Below are positions 37,397 to 47,094 of a stretch of DNA of 64,000 nt, piece by piece (the stretch's first letter is position 1; every line of letters begins with the position of its first letter). The position numbers and the translations under genes are program-made. The stretch is from positions 323,565 through 387,564 of the forward strand of contig JAYNIM010000001.1 of the NCBI GenBank assembly GCA_038109055.1, in the 5' to 3' direction. The DNA comes from a bacterium. Lineage in GTDB: Bacteria; Margulisbacteria; Marinamargulisbacteria; GCA-2716485; JAYNIM01. The notes under the pieces are model-generated. The model did not search any database. It was given only the letters and a program-made list of their open reading frames with translations, and was not told the origin of the DNA.

Positions 37397-37963
37397 ATGT
37401 TAAGATTATTTTTACTTTCATTCGGCACATTATTCTGTTTATTTGCCTGTTCAAAGCCCCCCACTTATACCAAGACGGTGATACCTAAAGAAAATTATGG
37501 TTCCTTACTGGAGACTCCTTCCACTCAAAAGGATAAGCATCCTTCATCTCCTATTAACTGGCAGTCCCCCTCTACCTGGACATCTATTCCTTTATCCACT
37601 TTTAACAAAGCTAAATTCCAGATTTCGGAAGATACTCAACTTTCTGTTTCTTCCTTTCCGGGTTCTGCGGGTGGTTTATTATCAAATATTAATCGCTGGC
37701 GACAACAACTTGCTTTGTTACCTATTAAAATTACGCAGTTGGCAGACTATTGTGAAACCTTCAAAAGTGACTTTACAACCTTTACGATGGTGAGTCTTGT
37801 CTCTCAACATGATAATGAAGACGAACGAAGAGCTATCTTTGCGGCTATTTTTGTATATAAGAATGATACTTGGTTTGTAAAATGTATGGGCTTAAAACGT
37901 GATGTTGATGCAAACAAGCAACGTATTTATGATTTTATAACTACCTTTAATGTCGATGATTAA
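37397..37963 (+). CDS. lipoprotein of unknown function
   Basis: MLRLFLLSFGTLFCLFAC lipobox at ATG 37397; conserved-looking GSAGGLLSNINRWRQQLAL block; overlaps resB start by 14 nt. Confidence 0.55.
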   Translation: MLRLFLLSFGTLFCLFACSKPPTYTKTVIPKENYGSLLETPSTQKDKHPSSPINWQSPSTWTSIPLSTFNKAKFQISEDTQLSVSSFPGSAGGLLSNINRWRQQLALLPIKITQLADYCETFKSDFTTFTMVSLVSQHDNEDERRAIFAAIFVYKNDTWFVKCMGLKRDVDANKQRIYDFITTFNVDD

Positions 37964-39116
37964 CTCTTTTTTACGCTTTTTTTCTTCATTAAAACTTACT
38001 GTAATTTGCCTATCCTTATTATTCCTTCTTGTTATAATGACCACCTTTTCTCAGCGTTATTATGGTATCCATTATTCTGTTTCGTATTTCATGACTTCTT
38101 GGTTTATCACTTTCACTGCTAAAGGGTTTTTAAATGAGAATACATTTCCCCTTTTTCCAGGTGGAATGCTTGTCTCTACGCTGCTGTTTATCAATCTTCT
38201 TGTTGCTCATTTTGTTCGGTTTAAATTCCAATTACGTAAGCTAGGCATCTGGCTTACGCATTTTTCGATTATTTTGCTTATTGTGGGATCAGCGCTGACT
38301 CATTATTTGGCTGTTGAAAGTTTACTTTACCTTCGCAAAGGTCAACCCATCAATTATTCGGAGCATTCACGTCTCACGGAATTGGTTATTGTCCAACCCT
38401 CTATTGATAAAAACTCTGACCTCATTTTTTCTATCCAAGAAAAATCATTAACGCCTGCTGCAGAGATACTTATAAAAGAGCTCCCGTTTTCTATTAAGGT
38501 TTTACGTTTTTATAAAAATAGTGACCTACGTCTTTTAACGACTAAAGTAAAAAATGGCATTACTCAAGGCATTGGGTCCTTTATTGATATTCAAGAAAAA
38601 CGTTCGCTACACCGTGACGATTTACGTGATTCAAGTAGTGTCGAAATTGAACTTATTGATCAAAATGGTAACTCACTTGGGACCTGGTTGTTGTCTATTG
38701 ACCTGGATGGTTATCAACGTGTTGTTATTAATGGTACGCCATATTTTTTACTCTTACGTCCTTTACGATTTTACACACCTTATATGTTTACCTTGAAGCA
38801 ATTTATCCATGAAAAATATTTAGGGAGCACCATTCCTAAAAATTATGAAAGTCACATTGATTTTTATGACACCAAACGTCAAGAAAATCGTGATATTAGA
38901 CTTTCGATGAACCGACCTTTTCGCTATGAAAATGTCACGTATTTTCAGGCAAGTTTTGGTGAAGATGACGAACTATCTATTATTCAAGTTGTAAAAAACC
39001 GTGCTTGGCGTATCCCTTATATATCTTGTTTCTTGCTTGCAATTGGTCTTTGTTTGCAATTTATTATTTCACTCTTTATGTTTCTTAGAAGAAAACGGAG
39101 GCAATCGCGTGCGTAA
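37950..39116 (+). CDS. resB: cytochrome c biogenesis protein ResB/Ccs1 (system II)
   Basis: N-terminal FLRFFSSLKLTVICLSLLF, a large soluble loop and a C-terminal TM; immediately upstream of ccsA. Confidence 0.7.
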   Translation: MSMINSFLRFFSSLKLTVICLSLLFLLVIMTTFSQRYYGIHYSVSYFMTSWFITFTAKGFLNENTFPLFPGGMLVSTLLFINLLVAHFVRFKFQLRKLGIWLTHFSIILLIVGSALTHYLAVESLLYLRKGQPINYSEHSRLTELVIVQPSIDKNSDLIFSIQEKSLTPAAEILIKELPFSIKVLRFYKNSDLRLLTTKVKNGITQGIGSFIDIQEKRSLHRDDLRDSSSVEIELIDQNGNSLGTWLLSIDLDGYQRVVINGTPYFLLLRPLRFYTPYMFTLKQFIHEKYLGSTIPKNYESHIDFYDTKRQENRDIRLSMNRPFRYENVTYFQASFGEDDELSIIQVVKNRAWRIPYISCFLLAIGLCLQFIISLFMFLRRKRRQSRA

Positions 39117-40920
39117 ATATTTTTATTTTTTTTGTCCTTTTCTTATTCTTTTGTTTTTGCTCATTAAACCTTATTTTGAAGATCCAGTTACAAAGAATGT
39201 CACCTCTTTTTCTCAAATCCCTCTTGTCTTTGAAGGCCGACTCCAACCCTTTGATTCTTTAGCTCGAAACACCTGTATCTTTTTATCTGGCAAACAGCGT
39301 CCTATGGGCGCCAATAGTCGTGATGTGATTTTAGAGCTGATTTCCATGAACCCGAATGTAGACGATTATCCTTTATTTCTGATTAGAGATACGCATGTTT
39401 TAGATTTTTTATCTTTGTCTAGATCTCGCTCTCATCGCTACTCATTTAGCCAATTGGTTAAGGCCCTTCCTCAACTATGGAGACAAGCAAGCTCTGCTGA
39501 ACAAATTGAGGCCAAAAAACGTCATCATTTCCACAAAAACATCATTTTACTTCGTAACCAAGTAGACCGCTATTTATCGTTGAAACATAGCTTTTTTCAT
39601 CCACAGTATGATGCAGAGATTAAACACTTTTCTGACTTTAGCTCTATTTCACAACGTAGTATGTCCTTGCTAGATAAAATACATAGGGATGATGACTTAA
39701 GTTCTGAGGAATTAACCTTACTACAAAAATATGGTCGTTATTTGGAAGCTTTTCAATTTATTAAACAGCAAAGTATCATTTTTCCTATCCCCTCAACTCA
39801 GACTAATTCACCACCTTGGATAAAAGTTGGTGATGCTTTATTACTAACTCAACCGTCTATGCATACTCGTTCATATTTAACTAAACTCTATCACTTTTTA
39901 GAGACTTATACGCAAGCTTCTACACCTGAGGTCACTCAATTAGCTCAGATGGCCTATCAGTCCTTGTCTTTTTGGGATCTTGTTAAAGTAAAAGCTGAAT
40001 TTTACTTTAATCAAAGTCAGCTTTTTTTACTTTGTTTGTGCTTGTATCTTTTACTTTTTATTATTGGTTTGATTTTGTTTGTTTATTCACTACCTAGTAT
40101 TCAACCATTTTTACGTTATTGCCTTTATGGCACCTTCACACTGCATTCATTAGGTATACTCCTGCGTATGTTTATTCAAGGCCGGCCGCCTGTCACTAAT
40201 TTGTATAGTTCAGTTATTTTTGTAGCCTTTATTTCTATCTTATTATTTCTTATATTAGAGAAAATTTTTAAGCATCCGTTTTTGTTTGCGTTATCCAATA
40301 TTCTTGGTTTTAGCTCATTAATTCTTGCTCAACAACTCTCCTTGTCTGGTGATACTCTTGAACAGATGAGAGCTGTGCTAGATTCTAATTTCTGGCTTGC
40401 TACTCATGTTGTTACGATGTGTATTGGATATGGAGCTATGTTTGTTTCGGGGTTTATTTCCAGCGTTGCTATTATGTTTGGTTTTTTTAGTAAAAAATTA
40501 CGTAAACCTTTGCTTACTCAAATTTACCAAATGACTTATGGAATTCTTTGTGCAGCCTTATTATTTTCTGTTGTTGGCACCTTACTTGGTGGCATTTGGG
40601 GGGATCAGTCTTGGGGTCGATTTTGGGGCTGGGATCCCAAAGAAAATGGTGCTTTTTTGATTGTCTTATGGTGTGGAATAATCTTGCATTCTAGATTGGC
40701 CGGACTCATTAAACATAAGGGATTTTTTGCCTTATGTGCTCTTGGAAATATCGTAACAGCTTTTTCATGGTTTGGAGTTAATATGCTTGGAGTTGGGTTA
40801 CATTCATATGGTTTTATGAAGGGAGGTTTTGTTTGGTTGTTAGGTTTTTCTTTCGTTCAATTTTATATTGCTTGCTTGGGGATGCTACCAGATAAATTTT
40901 GGAAATCCTTTAGAACCTAA
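39109..40920 (+). CDS. ccsA: cytochrome c biogenesis protein CcsA/ResC (long form)
   Basis: Trp-rich heme-handling motif WGRFWGWDPKENGAFLIVLW. GTG 39109 lies 8 nt after GGAGG (39097-39101) and overlaps the resB stop. Confidence 0.85.
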   Translation: MRKYFYFFCPFLILLFLLIKPYFEDPVTKNVTSFSQIPLVFEGRLQPFDSLARNTCIFLSGKQRPMGANSRDVILELISMNPNVDDYPLFLIRDTHVLDFLSLSRSRSHRYSFSQLVKALPQLWRQASSAEQIEAKKRHHFHKNIILLRNQVDRYLSLKHSFFHPQYDAEIKHFSDFSSISQRSMSLLDKIHRDDDLSSEELTLLQKYGRYLEAFQFIKQQSIIFPIPSTQTNSPPWIKVGDALLLTQPSMHTRSYLTKLYHFLETYTQASTPEVTQLAQMAYQSLSFWDLVKVKAEFYFNQSQLFLLCLCLYLLLFIIGLILFVYSLPSIQPFLRYCLYGTFTLHSLGILLRMFIQGRPPVTNLYSSVIFVAFISILLFLILEKIFKHPFLFALSNILGFSSLILAQQLSLSGDTLEQMRAVLDSNFWLATHVVTMCIGYGAMFVSGFISSVAIMFGFFSKKLRKPLLTQIYQMTYGILCAALLFSVVGTLLGGIWGDQSWGRFWGWDPKENGAFLIVLWCGIILHSRLAGLIKHKGFFALCALGNIVTAFSWFGVNMLGVGLHSYGFMKGGFVWLLGFSFVQFYIACLGMLPDKFWKSFRT

Positions 40921-40922
40921 AT

Positions 40923-41162
40923 TTAGCGTATGTTTTCTTTTACAAACGAAGCCATTTTTTTTGTATTACTTACCGCTGTACTTACCCCACCAGTAATCAG
41001 ATTAGTGATTGCTTTTGATTGAAACTTTGCAGGATCTAACATACCCTGTGGTTTTACTTTTGCAATTTCGTTAATTATCCCTGTTGCTTTATCATTACTT
41101 TTGTTTATCATCATTTTTTTTATCGTTGGATTTCTTTTTATTCTTGCATTGATTTTTCTCAA
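40923..41162 (-). CDS. hypothetical small basic protein
   Basis: 79-aa ORF, no family recognised; coding status uncertain. Confidence 0.25.
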   Translation of the reverse strand: MRKINARIKRNPTIKKMMINKSNDKATGIINEIAKVKPQGMLDPAKFQSKAITNLITGGVSTAVSNTKKMASFVKENIR

Positions 41163-41807
41163 TCCATTCTATATTTTATATATCGATAAAATTTAATGTT
41201 TAGTTTTTTTTCTTTTAGTGTATTAATCTAATATGGCGGTGAAGGGGATCATGATTCATAAACGTAAGCTTAAGAATAAGCATGCTGTATCAAAAAAGCA
41301 GACTTTTTCTGATCATTTTCATTTTAATCTAACGCAGGGTATTAAAAAAAAGGAGAATCTTTTGCAATGTAAAAAGATAAAAATGTCAAAACAAATCCGT
41401 ACCAACACTGAAATCATGCTAAATTTGTTGTTTGGAGATTAATGCTATTACATTAATCTATCATGGTGACAGATTAATTTATTCTCTGTTCTACTCACAC
41501 TCAAAAGTACCCTTTGTAAGACACCCTTTTACATCAATACTCTCAGATAGATAACATTTACTTAGTGAAACTTACTTAATTGCCATTTTCAATATTGCAT
41601 ATAGAATTGCGGCTTACATGATATCTAAACAACGTGTTATCAACTGTTCCCTAAAAATCCTGCTCTTATTTGTTCTGTCAGTTATGGGGGCTTTTTGTCT
41701 TTTACTATCGTGATTAAATATTGATTGACACACTTTATTTCTACTCCATTTTAGCTGGTGGTTTGCTGTAAAAGTTATAGACACCTATAAAAGATTTAGA
41801 ATTTCAT

Positions 41808-42425
41808 TTATTTCTCTTTGTTTTGTTTCCTTATCCATTTTTTATGAGCCTCATCTAACAAACTCAACGCTTCTTCTTTATCTATATATCTGAAATAAAT
41901 CATTTCTCCTGGCTTTTTATATGATGAAAACCATTTTTTTAAGATTTCTACAACTGAAGGTCTTTCGTAAAGCAAATCATTAATTGATTGTATATCTTTA
42001 AAAGTGCCAGTTGGAGATACGCCGATAAACTTATAATCTACATCTTTTTTATCTTCAAAAAGAATAGCGCCTATTACCTTTATCTTTTTAAATTTACCTC
42101 TAGGAAAAAATTCTTCTAAATCTATTAAATCAATAGGGTCCCCATCTCCAGATAAAGTTTGAGGTACAAAACCATAATTACCAGGGTAAGCTAAAAAATT
42201 AATTATTCTATCTTTACCATTTTTCTGATCCTTTTCTAAAAGACCAGTTTTTTTATTTATTTCCCATTTCTCTTTTGTTCCGGCAGAGATTTCAACGTAA
42301 AAGTTGTGTAGATTGTTCGCATTCTTAAAGGAAATATCATCTATAGGGTTTGCAGCAAAAAAACTACTTTTAAAAATGATTATATATATAAAAATATTTC
42401 TTAGAATTTGTTTACTCCCACTCAA
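41808..42425 (-). CDS. ppa: family I inorganic pyrophosphatase with N-terminal hydrophobic leader
   Basis: EISAGTKEKWEI, YPGNYGFVPQT, DGDPIDLIDL and EDKKDVDYKFIGV PPase blocks. The first ~25 aa (ILRNIFIYIIIFKSSFFAA) look like a signal peptide. Confidence 0.8.
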   Translation of the reverse strand: MSGSKQILRNIFIYIIIFKSSFFAANPIDDISFKNANNLHNFYVEISAGTKEKWEINKKTGLLEKDQKNGKDRIINFLAYPGNYGFVPQTLSGDGDPIDLIDLEEFFPRGKFKKIKVIGAILFEDKKDVDYKFIGVSPTGTFKDIQSINDLLYERPSVVEILKKWFSSYKKPGEMIYFRYIDKEEALSLLDEAHKKWIRKQNKEK

Positions 42426-43947
42426 TTGTTGCGGGTGGTTTAGAGGTTATGTCGTAGACAACACGATTTATTTCTTTAATTTCGTTTGTGATTCTGGATG
42501 ATATTGCTTCTAATACCTCATAGGGTAACCGCACCCAGTTGGCTGTCATTGCATCTTCTGATTTAACGACTCTTAGGCAAATTGTATTTTCATAGCTTCT
42601 ATTATCACCTTGAACACCCACCGTTTTTATAGGCAAAAAAACAGCAAATGCTTGCCAAATATCATTATATAAATCAGCTTTTTTAATTTCTTCCATTACA
42701 ATCGCATCTGCTTCTTGTAATGTTTTAATCCTTTCCTTTGTTACCTCTCCTATTATTCTAATTGCCAATCCAGGGCCAGGAAAGGGATGCCTATTGACTA
42801 TTTCTAAGGGAACATCCATTTCTTTTGCAACACGTCTTACTTCATCTTTGAATAAAAAACGTAATGGCTCGATAATTTTAAAATCAATATCCTCCGGTAA
42901 GCCGCCTACATTATGATGTGATTTTATTGTTACTGCTGTTTTAGAGACATCCCCAATTGCAGATTCAATGACATCAGGATATAAAGTTCCTTGGGCAAGA
43001 AACTTGATGTCTCCTTTTAATTTCTTTGATTCTTCTTCAAATACGCGGATAAATTCTTCGCCTATACATTTTCTTTTCTTCTCTGGATCTGTGATTCCTT
43101 TTAATTTTTTATAAAAGCGATCTTGTGCATCTACGTATATGAGGTTCATGTTGTATTCTTTTTCAAAGATCTGTTTAATATTTTTTCCTTCATCTTTACG
43201 CATTAGTCCATGATCGATAAACATACATGTTAAGTTTTTAGAAATTGCTTTGTGTAATAATACCGCTACTACGGTTGAATCTATTCCTCCAGATAAGGCA
43301 CATAACACTTGTTCATCTTCAACCTTATTTTTAATTTCTTTTAGCGTTTTATCGATAAAGGTATCTGCGTACCAATTTGGCTCCATTTCACATATATTAA
43401 ACATGAAATTCCTAATGAGTTCTTGCCCTCTTTGTGTGTGAGAAACTTCTGGATGAAACTGTAATCCATAATATTTCTTCTCACTATTTCCTATGGCGGC
43501 TACTTTGCATGATTGTGTATGTGCTAATACTTTAAAACCTGGTGGTGGTACCTCTACCGTATCCCCATGAGACATCCAAGATGACATCTCTAACCATAAC
43601 CCTTCAAATAAATCAAAATTATTATCTATAAATAAGTTAGCCGCCCCATACTCTCTTTGGTTTGATGTTTTCACTGTACCACCTAACATCTCTGTCATTA
43701 ATTGCATACCATAGCAAATACCTAGTACAGGGACCCCCATGTGCATGATTTCTTTATCTATTTTTGGGGCATCCTTATCTGATAGTGAATACGGGCCTCC
43801 AGATAAAATAAGGCCCTTTATTTTTTTTTCTTTGAGTTCTTTGATTGTAATTGTATGAGGATAAACCTCACAATAAACTTGATTTTCTCTTACCTTTCTT
43901 GCAATGAGTTTTGAATATTGAGAACCAAAATCAATGATTGCAATCAT
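42412..43947 (-). CDS. guaA: GMP synthase (glutamine-hydrolysing)
   Basis: GATase block GICYGMQL, ATP-PPase SGGIDS, C-terminal ..KPPATIEWE. Confidence 0.95.
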   Translation of the reverse strand: MIAIIDFGSQYSKLIARKVRENQVYCEVYPHTITIKELKEKKIKGLILSGGPYSLSDKDAPKIDKEIMHMGVPVLGICYGMQLMTEMLGGTVKTSNQREYGAANLFIDNNFDLFEGLWLEMSSWMSHGDTVEVPPPGFKVLAHTQSCKVAAIGNSEKKYYGLQFHPEVSHTQRGQELIRNFMFNICEMEPNWYADTFIDKTLKEIKNKVEDEQVLCALSGGIDSTVVAVLLHKAISKNLTCMFIDHGLMRKDEGKNIKQIFEKEYNMNLIYVDAQDRFYKKLKGITDPEKKRKCIGEEFIRVFEEESKKLKGDIKFLAQGTLYPDVIESAIGDVSKTAVTIKSHHNVGGLPEDIDFKIIEPLRFLFKDEVRRVAKEMDVPLEIVNRHPFPGPGLAIRIIGEVTKERIKTLQEADAIVMEEIKKADLYNDIWQAFAVFLPIKTVGVQGDNRSYENTICLRVVKSEDAMTANWVRLPYEVLEAISSRITNEIKEINRVVYDITSKPPATIEWE

Positions 43948-45101
43948 TTTTTCTTCATTCCAACATGCTGTAAATCTTGGTATATCTTTCCTTCTGTTTG
44001 TAGTGCAGGTGCAACAATCACATCAACTTTTTGAAGTTCTTTGATGTTTTTTACACCCAATGTTGCACAGCAGGTCACTAAAGCCTCATAAAAGTTTTGT
44101 GAACCATCGTCACTGTTTGATGGGCCTAATAAAATTTGTTTTAAGGTGGCTACTTGTCCTACTGCAATCCTAGCTCCTCGTGGTAGTAACGCGTTTGGTG
44201 TTGCCATACCCCAATGAAATCCCTTTCCAGGGGCTTCTTTTGATCTTGCTATAGGTGATCCGATCATAACAGCATCAGCTCCACAGGCAATTGATTTGCA
44301 TATATCTCCCGAATTCACAATCCCCCCGTCTGCAACTATAGGGACATAAACCCCTGTCTGACTGAAATAGTCATCTCTCGCAGCAGCGGTTTTTGCAATG
44401 GCGGTTGCCATAGGAACGCCAATCCCTAAAACACCTCGCGTTGTACACGCTGCTCCAGGGCCAATGCCTATGAATAATGCCTGTATCCCTTTCTTCATCA
44501 AGTCTAAGGCTACATCGTATGTAGTCGCATTTCCAACAAAAACAGGTATTTTCATGGCTTTACAAAAGCTACCTAAATTTAGCTTACTATTCTCTTTATT
44601 GGTTTCAAAGTTTGCGGCCACAACTGTTGATTGAACTAAAAAAGCATCAGCGCCTGCTTCTTGCGCAATAAAACCCAGTTTTTCTGCTTGTTGTGGCGTT
44701 GCAGATACGACAGCAATCCCCTTCTTTTTCTTTATATCTTTAATTCTTTTTGATATCAATGATTCTTGTATGGGGGCTTTATATATCGCTTGCATCTCTT
44801 GCACGTAGTCTGCTTTATCTACTGTTGCAATTTTCTTAAGTATGGGTTTAGGATCTTCATATCGAGTTTGAATCCCTTCTAAGTTTAATATTCCCATGGC
44901 GCCTAACTCGGAAAGTTCAACTGCTGTATCCACATCCACAACAGAGTCCATAGCTGAAGCAATAATAGGCATTTTCAAATTGATATTCCCTAATCTTGTT
45001 GAAATATCTACTAAGCTTGTGTCCACAGTAATATTCGTGGGCACTAGAGCTACTTCATTTAGACCATAGGCTTTTTCAAATTTCTTTTCAGCTTCACTCA
45101 A
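43944..45101 (-). CDS. IMP dehydrogenase family protein, short form without CBS pair
   Basis: 385 aa; catalytic loop GIGPGAACTTR and ADGGI; too short to contain a Bateman domain (GuaB3-like). Confidence 0.75.
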   Translation of the reverse strand: MSEAEKKFEKAYGLNEVALVPTNITVDTSLVDISTRLGNINLKMPIIASAMDSVVDVDTAVELSELGAMGILNLEGIQTRYEDPKPILKKIATVDKADYVQEMQAIYKAPIQESLISKRIKDIKKKKGIAVVSATPQQAEKLGFIAQEAGADAFLVQSTVVAANFETNKENSKLNLGSFCKAMKIPVFVGNATTYDVALDLMKKGIQALFIGIGPGAACTTRGVLGIGVPMATAIAKTAAARDDYFSQTGVYVPIVADGGIVNSGDICKSIACGADAVMIGSPIARSKEAPGKGFHWGMATPNALLPRGARIAVGQVATLKQILLGPSNSDDGSQNFYEALVTCCATLGVKNIKELQKVDVIVAPALQTEGKIYQDLQHVGMKKK

Positions 45102-45268
45102 TGTTTTACTCCGTTTAAAAGGTAATTAAATATGTATAGCAGCTATCTTTAATCATGTCAATTTTAAACCTCAATTTTTCCTTGTTATCTTTTATTTTTT
45201 TTATCCAACATTTTGTTATTTATCTTGATTGATCCTTGTTTTATACGTATAATTCTTTGACTTATATT

Positions 45269-45889
45269 ATGTTTTCACAACTTAGTCGTAAAATACGCAC
45301 ATGGTTTATTTATGGAGTGATCATTGTCTTGCCAGTGGCAGTAACTGTCTGGTTGGTTTTGGCGCTTATAAATGTCTTATCAGTGCCGCTAAATCTCTTA
45401 TTAGGAGAACGCCTACCGAGTATTCTTTATTTTTTAATTACGCTTGTCATCATTACGATCATTGGCCTTTTTGGTCGTAATATCATTGGCAGAACTCTCT
45501 TTAAGCCTATTGAAGCTTTAGTTAACCGCATTCCTTTGATCAACGTTATTTATAAATCCAGTAAACAAATTATTAGCTCCTTTGCCATGCAAGATAACGC
45601 TCAATTAAAACCTGTTTTAATTGAATATCCTAGAAAGGGCTTATGGGCGATAGGTTTTTTAACTCAAACGGCTGTTGCAGGCATTATCACTAAGTCAGGT
45701 GCAGACTTTGGTTCTGATAAAGTTGCGGTACTTATTCCTACTACCCCAAACCCTACATCTGGTTTTTTTGTCTATGTACCTAAGACTGATATTCAAGAAC
45801 TTGATATCAGTATAGAAGACAGTGTACGAGTATTAATGTCTGCTGGAGTGGTTAATCCGGCCAAACTTAAAACAAAGGAGATTAAATAA
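45269..45889 (+). CDS. DUF502 family membrane protein
   Basis: Two N-terminal TM helices, IPLINVIYKSSKQIISSF block and PTTPNPTSGFF block. Confidence 0.7.
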   Translation: MFSQLSRKIRTWFIYGVIIVLPVAVTVWLVLALINVLSVPLNLLLGERLPSILYFLITLVIITIIGLFGRNIIGRTLFKPIEALVNRIPLINVIYKSSKQIISSFAMQDNAQLKPVLIEYPRKGLWAIGFLTQTAVAGIITKSGADFGSDKVAVLIPTTPNPTSGFFVYVPKTDIQELDISIEDSVRVLMSAGVVNPAKLKTKEIK

Positions 45890-45891
45890 CT

Positions 45892-46209
45892 ATGACTGAA
45901 TTAGAAACCTGTTTATCGTCGATTGCGACTGATGTTAAGACACATAAAATTGTCCTTTTTATGAAAGGCGAAAAACATGCACCTCAATGTGGTTTTTCAG
46001 CCCAAGTTGTTCAAATCTTACATGCCTTAGAAGTCGATTTTGAGACTAGAAATGTATTGAGTGATGAGATACTTAGGGAAGCCATTAAACAATTCTCTGA
46101 CTGGCCCACCATTCCTCAATTATATGTCAATGCTGAGTTTATTGGAGGCTGCGATATAGTGACTGAACAGTACCAAAATGGTGAACTGGAAACACTTGTA
46201 AAGTCTTAA
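45892..46209 (+). CDS. grxD: monothiol glutaredoxin (Grx4 family)
   Basis: CGFS active site (PQCGFS), WPTIPQLYV and GGCDI blocks. Confidence 0.9.
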   Translation: MTELETCLSSIATDVKTHKIVLFMKGEKHAPQCGFSAQVVQILHALEVDFETRNVLSDEILREAIKQFSDWPTIPQLYVNAEFIGGCDIVTEQYQNGELETLVKS

Positions 46210-46336
46210 TTTATCCCATTTTTATTAGCGTTTATAGTTATATTTTGTACAGTTCTTTTAAAAGACAGTTACAAATATTTCACTTATTATTATTTGATGA
46301 TAAAAGATTGCCTGACTCTGAATCTAAATAAAGTGA

Positions 46337-46918
46337 TTATTTAGACTCTGTTTCTTCTTTTCTCTTAGACGTATTTTCCGAACTACCTTTAATTAATTTA
46401 ACTAAAAAAATAGTTAATGCTACCAAGAAAATAAGTACGGCTGTCGCACTTAGCCCGGCAAATACGTTTTTGGCATATACTGTAAAAACAATTAATATTA
46501 GTAATAAACCCGGTACTTCATTAAATATCCGAAGCATAATACCTGACATACTATGTGCTGTTTTTATTTTTTGACGATACATTTGGCTGTAAAGTGTATA
46601 TAGAATCAATAAAATAACAAAGAGCATCTTTGTATGAAACCACCCTTGAGTGTAGGCCTGTATTCGTAACATAATTGTAACTCCAGCAAAGGTTGTTATA
46701 AATAACGAGGGCCAAATAATAATATAAAAGCTTTTGGATATTGCAGCTCTGGACAGTGTTTGAATAGCCTCTTTTTGGCTTTGTTCTTTTGTTTCTGCTT
46801 GTTGATCATATATAAACATTCGACCTACAAAAAACAAACCAGCAATCCAAAACGTCATAAAGACTACATGAATTGGGTATAAGTATTGTATAGGGATATG
46901 CGCTATTAAATCTATCAC
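46337..46918 (-). CDS. hemJ: HemJ-like protoporphyrinogen IX oxidase (UPF0093)
   Basis: IHVVFMTFWIAGLFFVGRMFIY and GWFHTKMLFVILLILYTLY parallel conserved HemJ helices. Confidence 0.55.
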   Translation of the reverse strand: MIDLIAHIPIQYLYPIHVVFMTFWIAGLFFVGRMFIYDQQAETKEQSQKEAIQTLSRAAISKSFYIIIWPSLFITTFAGVTIMLRIQAYTQGWFHTKMLFVILLILYTLYSQMYRQKIKTAHSMSGIMLRIFNEVPGLLLILIVFTVYAKNVFAGLSATAVLIFLVALTIFLVKLIKGSSENTSKRKEETESK

Positions 46919-47094
46919 TCTATTAGTTTAACATAGCTTTGTTTCTTCTGCAGTTTTTTTTTATTAGAGATGATTTAGCGTTACTCCTTTAGCTCTTCTT
47001 TTGTTTCACCCCCTACTTTAGGGACCAATAATGTTTATCATAGGCTATTTTTTGTCTCTTTTTTCAAGATTTTTGGCCTCGATTTTTCATCTGA

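Noticed and set aside
41233-41442. 69-aa + strand ORF (MAVKGIMIHKRKLKNKH..)
   Set aside because: It is extremely basic and low complexity with no recognisable family or SD, and is likely fortuitous in A-rich sequence.
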